IMG/VR virus record: IMGVR_UViG_3300022074_000023
Length of the DNA stretch: 20,000 nucleotides
Origin: an uncultured virus (IMG/VR IMGVR_UViG_3300022074_000023)
Taxonomy: Duplodnaviria > Heunggongvirae > Uroviricota > Caudoviricetes
Strand: one strand, 5' to 3'
The position numbers were made by a program, and so were the translations under genes. Shown piece after piece: positions 14,800 to 20,000 of this stretch; positions within the stretch are counted from its first letter, which is position 1; each line of letters starts with the position of its first letter. The notes beneath the pieces were generated by a model, which ran no database searches, had not been told where the DNA came from, and saw nothing but the letters and a program-made list of their open reading frames with translations.

Positions 14800-15564
14800 A
14801 TGAAGACAACAGTTTATTATCACATCTGGTCTCCTGCAGATACTGACCTCTGGAAGATCATGGTAGACGAACAGATCAAGCGTCTATATCGTTCTGGACT
14901 TCCTGAAGTAGCAACTGTGAAATGTGCTATAAATGGTCCACAAGCGTCCAGAATCAAGCAATTTGTTTCCTTGTATGATTGGATCAATATCATTGGTTGC
15001 AGGGACAGTGACGAAGAATATGAAGGGTTTACACTGAAGCATCTTTACGAAGATTGTGTAAATGAACGTGCTACTAAAGTGATGTACTTTCATACAAAAG
15101 GAATTAGTCACATGTGTGGCGTTCGTGATCAGTATTCTGACCGTAAGGTTCGGGCAATAAATAGTTGGAGACACCTCATGGAATGGGGGTGTATTGATAA
15201 ATGGAAGGAAAATCTTGATCGACTTGATACATATCAAGTTACCGGAGTAAATTATTGTCTAGACCCATGGCCACATATGAGTGGTAATTTCTGGTGGGCA
15301 AGAGCAGATTATATTTCAACACTACAGCATCCTACTGAAGATGCATTCGTTAGAGAGAAAGAAGACTTTGGTCCGATTGAAAGAATGAACTTTGAAAAAT
15401 GGGTGGGCATGAAAGACCCATCTGTTTCTAGTTTCTACAATCCACCATTTAGTTACGATTTCAAGGACATGACTCCTGATGTTCAACCTACGCCGCCAGG
15501 AGAACCACACTGGTTCTGGTTGTATCGTGACGACATTCATCCACACTATTTGAAAGAATCATGA
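14800..15564 (+). CDS. hypothetical glycosyltransferase-like protein
   Basis: YYHI, YEGFTL, YFHTKG, WRHLME, SGNFWWA motifs typical of viral glycan-locus proteins; function uncertain. Confidence 0.6.
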   Translation: MKTTVYYHIWSPADTDLWKIMVDEQIKRLYRSGLPEVATVKCAINGPQASRIKQFVSLYDWINIIGCRDSDEEYEGFTLKHLYEDCVNERATKVMYFHTKGISHMCGVRDQYSDRKVRAINSWRHLMEWGCIDKWKENLDRLDTYQVTGVNYCLDPWPHMSGNFWWARADYISTLQHPTEDAFVREKEDFGPIERMNFEKWVGMKDPSVSSFYNPPFSYDFKDMTPDVQPTPPGEPHWFWLYRDDIHPHYLKES

Positions 15565-16289
15565 CTGCAAAATTTGGATGTTTTCATACAGTTTATGAGA
15601 ACAAAAAAGCAACAGAATTTATTCTAAAAGAATTTAGAAAGTATCATCCAGATGCCCCATATACTATTTGTTGTGATGGTGGAGTAGATTATTCTGATCT
15701 TTGTGATAAGTATAATGTAAATTATGTTCATTCATATATGAGAATTGGGCGTAGGAATAGTGGTCATGAATCTGGCATCTATGGATTTACTAAGGATGAA
15801 AGTCTACATTGGATTCATATGTTCCGTGAGGCGGCACGCTATGTTCGTTCCAATGGTGGTACACATATGATTATGATGGAAGATGATGTTCTTACACAAG
15901 GTAAAGTAAAGATTCCTCCGGAATGGGAGTGTGCGGGATTTGATGTTCCTGGCAATAAAATTACACCAGAGTTACTTCAATACCTCAAAGCAAAGTATGG
16001 TGCCACTCCAAATGTAGACTGGTATGGTGCTGGTGGGGGAAGTATCTATAATATAGAAACCTTCTTAGACAACTATCATAAGATTTATGATTTCATTGAT
16101 TATGACTTTGATTATATTTTGAAGTTTCTTGATTATAGATTTGGATGGTTGGACCTTTATATGCAGATTGCATATTTTATTCTTGGAAAAGATTATTCAA
16201 TTAATTCTAATCTTACCGAAGTTTGGAAGACACCTAACTTTAGAGAAACTGATTTCTCGCTTGTACACGCATATAAGGAACTTTACTGA
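15561..16289 (+). CDS. putative GT-A-fold glycosyltransferase
   Basis: ICCDGG, MIMMEDDVL (DD metal motif), C-terminal VH; operon context. Confidence 0.6.
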   Translation: MTAKFGCFHTVYENKKATEFILKEFRKYHPDAPYTICCDGGVDYSDLCDKYNVNYVHSYMRIGRRNSGHESGIYGFTKDESLHWIHMFREAARYVRSNGGTHMIMMEDDVLTQGKVKIPPEWECAGFDVPGNKITPELLQYLKAKYGATPNVDWYGAGGGSIYNIETFLDNYHKIYDFIDYDFDYILKFLDYRFGWLDLYMQIAYFILGKDYSINSNLTEVWKTPNFRETDFSLVHAYKELY

Positions 16290-17266
16290 TGAAACTTGCA
16301 TTAATTGGACCAGGCATTATGCCTATCCCACCAACGGGATGGGGTGCCGTTGAAAGTCTTATTTGGGACTATGCACTTGAACTTGATGAACTGGGTCATG
16401 AAGGAACGATTGTTAATACTCCAGACTGGGATGAGATTATCAAATATCTGAATGAAGACTCATATGAATTTGCACATTTACATTATGATGTGTTTCATCC
16501 AATCATGGATAGAATTGCAAACGAAACAAATATTCCTAAGTTAGCAATTAGTAGTCACTATCCATATATTGACCAACCACATATGCATCGCCGTGATGGT
16601 TACGATCGCACGTTTGATTGGATTATCAATAATAAACGTTATTATATTTTCTGTATCTCTAAGAAAGATTATCAAACTTTCAAGAATTCTGGTGCAGATG
16701 AAAGTAGATTGCTGTTGTCTGAGAATGGTGCAAACCATAAACGATTTACCTATCGCAGCGAAGCAGTTCTTCCAGATCGTTCATTGTATCTTGGTCAGAT
16801 CTATCATCGTAAGAAGCAATGGTTGTATCAGGAAATCGATTCTATCGACTACGTGGGACAAGATACTGGTGCTACACCATTTGATCAAAGTAAAAACTAT
16901 CTTGGGGAATGGACTGATGAGTATAAGAGGGAACATTTTACCGACTTTGCAAGTCTTGTTCTTTTGTCAGATGGTGAAAACGGAACACCCTTGGTAGTTA
17001 AAGAAGCTATCATTAATGGACTAGGTGTGGTAATATCTAAGTATGCTGCACATGATTTGCCAGACGATCTTCCCTTTGTTACCGTAATTCCAGATGACAG
17101 ACTTACAGACATTCCATATGTCGAAAGTAAAATCAAAGAAAATCGCGAAGTATCAATTGGTATGAGAGATGAAATCCGCCAGTTTGGCATTGATAATTTC
17201 TCATGGGAAAGTCTTGTAAATCTTTATGCTGAAAACATTGAAAAGATGGAAGCAAATGCGAATTAG
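16289..17266 (+). CDS. glycosyltransferase, GT4-like (GT-B)
   Basis: PIPPTGWGAVE, LYLGQIYHRK, LLSDGENGTPLVVKEA, FSW. Confidence 0.85.
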   Translation: MKLALIGPGIMPIPPTGWGAVESLIWDYALELDELGHEGTIVNTPDWDEIIKYLNEDSYEFAHLHYDVFHPIMDRIANETNIPKLAISSHYPYIDQPHMHRRDGYDRTFDWIINNKRYYIFCISKKDYQTFKNSGADESRLLLSENGANHKRFTYRSEAVLPDRSLYLGQIYHRKKQWLYQEIDSIDYVGQDTGATPFDQSKNYLGEWTDEYKREHFTDFASLVLLSDGENGTPLVVKEAIINGLGVVISKYAAHDLPDDLPFVTVIPDDRLTDIPYVESKIKENREVSIGMRDEIRQFGIDNFSWESLVNLYAENIEKMEANAN

Positions 17267-18206
17267 TATTATTGGTCCAGCACTTCCAATCCCACCTGTA
17301 GGTTGGGGTGCTGTTGAGTCTTTGATTTGGGATATGAAATTATCTCTTGAAAAGATGGGACATCAAATTCAGATTGTAAATGTATCCGATCCTGCTCAAA
17401 TCATTAGGATGCTGAATAGATTCCGTCCGGATTTTGTTCATATCAATTATGATGATTGGATTCTTTTGTATTATTATATTCAGTATCCATGTGCAGTCAC
17501 AACTCATTTTGCTTATACTGAACGTCCTGAAATGATGGGCGATTATAAACCAAGGATATTTGATAATTTCTGGAGAGTTCAACCGAACGTATTTGGTCTT
17601 TCTAGTGGAATCAATGATGTCTATAATCTTCTTGCAAACATTCCAAGACATAAATTATTTTTGAATCCAAATGGTGTAATGTTGGATAACTTTAGGAAGA
17701 CTGACAGTCCTAAATTTTCTGATAGATCAATTTATCTTGCTAAGATAGATCATAGAAAACGCCAATTTAAATTTCAGAATATTGATAGTCTTTGGTATGC
17801 TGGAAATATTGCAGATCAAAGATTTGATAAATCTAAAAACTATCTTGGTGAGTGGCAAAAAGAATTTTTATATGATAATCTAACTGAGTATGGTAATTTA
17901 GTATTGCTTTCAGATGGTGAAGCACACCCTCTAGTTTGTATGGAAGCATTTGCTGCTGGACTTGGTGTGGTTGTTAGTGAATGGGGAACTGCTAATCTTG
18001 ATCTAGATAAGAAATTTATCACGGTCATTGATGAAGAAAAAATTGATGATACCGAATATATCGAGAAAAAAATTATTGAGAATAGAAACTATTCAATTGA
18101 ACATAGAGAAGAAATTCTTGACTATGCAAAAGAATTTGAATGGTGTAAAATACTAACAGATTATTATCTACCCAACGTACAGAAAGTTATCGATGGTTAC
18201 TCTTAA
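17256..18206 (+). CDS. glycosyltransferase, GT4-like (GT-B), paralog of upstream gene
   Basis: Start ATG 17256 (MRISIIGP); PIPPVGWGAVE, LLSDGEAHPLVCMEAFAAG, FEW. Confidence 0.85.
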   Translation: MRISIIGPALPIPPVGWGAVESLIWDMKLSLEKMGHQIQIVNVSDPAQIIRMLNRFRPDFVHINYDDWILLYYYIQYPCAVTTHFAYTERPEMMGDYKPRIFDNFWRVQPNVFGLSSGINDVYNLLANIPRHKLFLNPNGVMLDNFRKTDSPKFSDRSIYLAKIDHRKRQFKFQNIDSLWYAGNIADQRFDKSKNYLGEWQKEFLYDNLTEYGNLVLLSDGEAHPLVCMEAFAAGLGVVVSEWGTANLDLDKKFITVIDEEKIDDTEYIEKKIIENRNYSIEHREEILDYAKEFEWCKILTDYYLPNVQKVIDGYS

Positions 18207-19029
18207 AGAAACGCTGGACAAGAATAAGTCAGCATACAAATTGAATGGGTTTGGTCCTATTTACTGTATCAATCTTGATGGGCAACCGGAGAGATGGAAG
18301 TATATGGAGGAGCAGTTTGAATATTGGGAACTTACTAATTACGAACGTATCTCTGCATATGATGGTCGGGAAGATGATCTGAGTGATATTATTAAGGGAA
18401 GATATCCAGAACTAATGACTTCTGGTGAAGTTGGATGTGTAACTTCACATCTGAAAGCAATCAAACATTGGTTAGAAACATCAGATAGTCCTTATGCAAT
18501 CATAATGGAGGATGATTGTAACTTAGATTTAGTTAAGTACTGGAACTTTACATGGTATGATGCAATTGCTAGAGTTCCATATGATTGGGATTTACTTCAA
18601 CTTGCGATTATTTGTACAGGAGATATTCATGTTAAAATTCACAAAAGGTTTGTGAATGAATTTTCTACTGCTTGTTATGTAATTACAAGACATCATGCAG
18701 AAAAAATGATTCGTCTTCATTGTCGTGGAGACAAATACAAACTGGATAACGGTGTTCGTCCACGTCCAGTTGCAGATGATCTTCTTTATAATTCTGGCAA
18801 TTCATATTCAATTCCATTCCTTCTGTATAAAATTGAATTAGGTTCTAGTATTCATCCAGATCATGTTGATGCTTTTCATAAGGGTAATCACCAAGCAATT
18901 ATGAACTTTTGGCAAACCCAAGGTGCTAGCTTTACAATTGAGAACTTTATGGACTATAATCCTTACCTGGGTCGAACGGTTGAAAGTTCTGCCCAACAAA
19001 AACAAGATGCGGAAAACCAGACATCTTGA
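18193..19029 (+). CDS. glycosyltransferase family 25
   Basis: IYCINLD...ERW, RISAYDG, GEVGCVTSHL, IIMEDD, STACYVI. Confidence 0.88.
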   Translation: MVTLKETLDKNKSAYKLNGFGPIYCINLDGQPERWKYMEEQFEYWELTNYERISAYDGREDDLSDIIKGRYPELMTSGEVGCVTSHLKAIKHWLETSDSPYAIIMEDDCNLDLVKYWNFTWYDAIARVPYDWDLLQLAIICTGDIHVKIHKRFVNEFSTACYVITRHHAEKMIRLHCRGDKYKLDNGVRPRPVADDLLYNSGNSYSIPFLLYKIELGSSIHPDHVDAFHKGNHQAIMNFWQTQGASFTIENFMDYNPYLGRTVESSAQQKQDAENQTS

Positions 19030-19059
19030 CAAAATCCTGAAGATCCTTTAGGATAAATA
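19026..19059 (+). promoter_or_regulatory. overlapping sigma70-like promoter and late promoter-like motif
   Basis: TTGACA (19026-19031), 17 nt, TAGGAT (19049-19054); ATAAATA at 19053-19059. Confidence 0.65.
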
Positions 19060-19062
19060 AAG

Positions 19063-19085
19063 TGTCACATGTGACAGTTGTGACA
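19063..19085. repeat. perfect 14-bp palindrome plus extra half-site (operator-like)
   Basis: TGTCACATGTGACA (19063-19076) and another TGTGACA (19079-19085). Confidence 0.6.
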
Positions 19086-19116
19086 TTACTTAACACATAC
19101 TTACGAGGTACAACAA

Positions 19117-19494
19117 ATGTTCAAATCCGCAATCGCACTTGCTGCCGCTGCTCCTTTGATGGCAGCACCTGCCCTTGCAGGTCCCTACGTTAACGTGGAA
19201 TCGAATGCTTCCTGGGCTGGAGACGACTACGTTGGTGCAGTTACTGATATTCACGTTGGTTTTGGTGGCGATCTTGGCGAAGACGCATCCTGGTATATTC
19301 AGGGAGGACCTGCAATCCTTGCCCTTGACGGTGCTGAGAACGAGACCCGTTACTCTGGCAAGGTTGGTGTTGCTGCTAATCTGACTGATAGTCTTGGTGT
19401 CTATGGCGAACTTTCCGCAATCACTGCTACCGATTCTTTTGAAATGGATGATCTGGGTGTTGGTGGCAAACTGGGAGCAACTTTCTCCTTCTGA
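19117..19494 (+). CDS. small outer-membrane beta-barrel-like protein with signal peptide
   Basis: Sec signal MFKSAIALAAAAPLMAAPALA|G; alternating beta-strand patterns; C-terminal GKLGATFSF ending in Phe; SD GAGG. Confidence 0.75.
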   Translation: MFKSAIALAAAAPLMAAPALAGPYVNVESNASWAGDDYVGAVTDIHVGFGGDLGEDASWYIQGGPAILALDGAENETRYSGKVGVAANLTDSLGVYGELSAITATDSFEMDDLGVGGKLGATFSF

Positions 19495-19530
19495 TAGTTC
19501 ATGCCGTAACACACATTACGATATCCTAAC

Positions 19531-19555
19531 AACCTCCCTAACGGGAGGTTTTTTT
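19531..19555 (+). terminator. Rho-independent terminator
   Basis: AACCTCCC-TAAC-GGGAGGTT followed by TTTTT. Confidence 0.85.
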
Positions 19556-19558
19556 ATG

Positions 19559-19577
19559 GTTAAATTTGAATTAAGTG
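19559..19577 (+). promoter_or_regulatory. putative cyanobacterial-type Pho box
   Basis: GTTAAATT (19559-19566) and ATTAAGTG (19570-19577): TTAA cores at 11-nt period, ~35-50 nt upstream of pstS. Confidence 0.5.
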
Positions 19578-19610
19578 CTAATATATACCAAGGTTTATCT
19601 AACAAAAAAG

Positions 19611-20000
19611 ATGAAACTCAAAGAATTTTTTATTGCTACATTGACTGCACCTATTCTTATTGCTTGTGGTGCTGAAGAAAAGAAAGATACATTCAAACTG
19701 AATGGTGCAGGTGCTACATTCCCTGCTCCTCTTTACAATTCTTGGTTCGTATCTTTTGCAAAGGAGACTGGGAATAAAGTTAACTATCAAGCAGTTGGTA
19801 GTGGTGCTGGTGTTCGTCAGTACACTGCTAAGACTGTTGACTTCGGTGCTTCTGATGGTGCCGTAAGCGATGCTAAGCAGAAACTACCCATGGTTCACAT
19901 CCCCATGACTGGTGGTGCCATCGTTCCTGCTTACAACTATCCTGATTGTTATGTAAAGATGACTCAGACGCAACTTGCTGATGTCTTCCTTGGTAAGATT
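19611..20000 (+). CDS. pstS: phosphate ABC transporter substrate-binding protein PstS (5' part, runs off window; not in ORF track)
   Basis: MKLKRIFIATLTAPILIAC-G...LNGAGATFPAPLY..W...VNYQAVGSGAGVRQY...TVDFGASD...IPMTGGAIVPAYN. Confidence 0.96.
   Translation, partial: MKLKEFFIATLTAPILIACGAEEKKDTFKLNGAGATFPAPLYNSWFVSFAKETGNKVNYQAVGSGAGVRQYTAKTVDFGASDGAVSDAKQKLPMVHIPMTGGAIVPAYNYPDCYVKMTQTQLADVFLGKI

Noticed and set aside
5401..19029. Bacterial O-antigen or capsule locus of a cellular genome
   Set aside because: No wzx/wzy/wzm/kps genes, and the flanks (tiny ORF chains, isolated purC and pstS, late-type promoters) are phage-like. Not formally excluded, since no virion gene is in the window.
87..19790. 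All minus-strand ORFs and nested + strand alternative-frame ORFs in the track (e.g. 13887-14441, 19090-19512, 5873-6199, 16569-16997, 19394-19675)
   Set aside because: They lie within or opposite well-supported + strand genes, show no recognisable motifs and look like shadow ORFs.

Overview
AT-rich, gene-dense window with essentially all genes on the + strand, best explained as part of a large T4-like marine cyanophage (cyanomyovirus) genome. This is inferred from gene content: purC, pstS, 2OG-Fe(II) oxygenases, tRNAs, many tiny hypothetical genes, and both sigma70-like and T4 late-like promoters. Layout: (1) 1-2370, a 2OG-Fe(II) oxygenase and a chain of tiny, often hydrophobic, translationally coupled ORFs; (2) 2351-3618, a pseudoknot-capable structured leader, tRNA-Pro(UGG), purC, an orphan Phd/YefM-like ORF and abutting tRNA-Ile(UAU)/tRNA-Met(CAU); (3) 3641-5378, small ORFs interleaved with three related structured-RNA modules resembling cyanophage manA/wcaG-type motifs; (4) 5401-19029, a ~13.6 kb, 18-gene glycan biosynthesis operon (GME-like epimerase, KdsC-like phosphatase, PfkB kinase, nucleotidyltransferase-RpiB fusion, cupin, GDPD-like protein, two methyltransferases, GT11, GT6, two GT4-like, GT25 and other GT-like proteins); (5) 19026-20000, a small outer-membrane beta-barrel-like gene, a terminator, a putative Pho box and the 5' part of pstS. 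All family calls come from motif recognition by eye; no database search was run.
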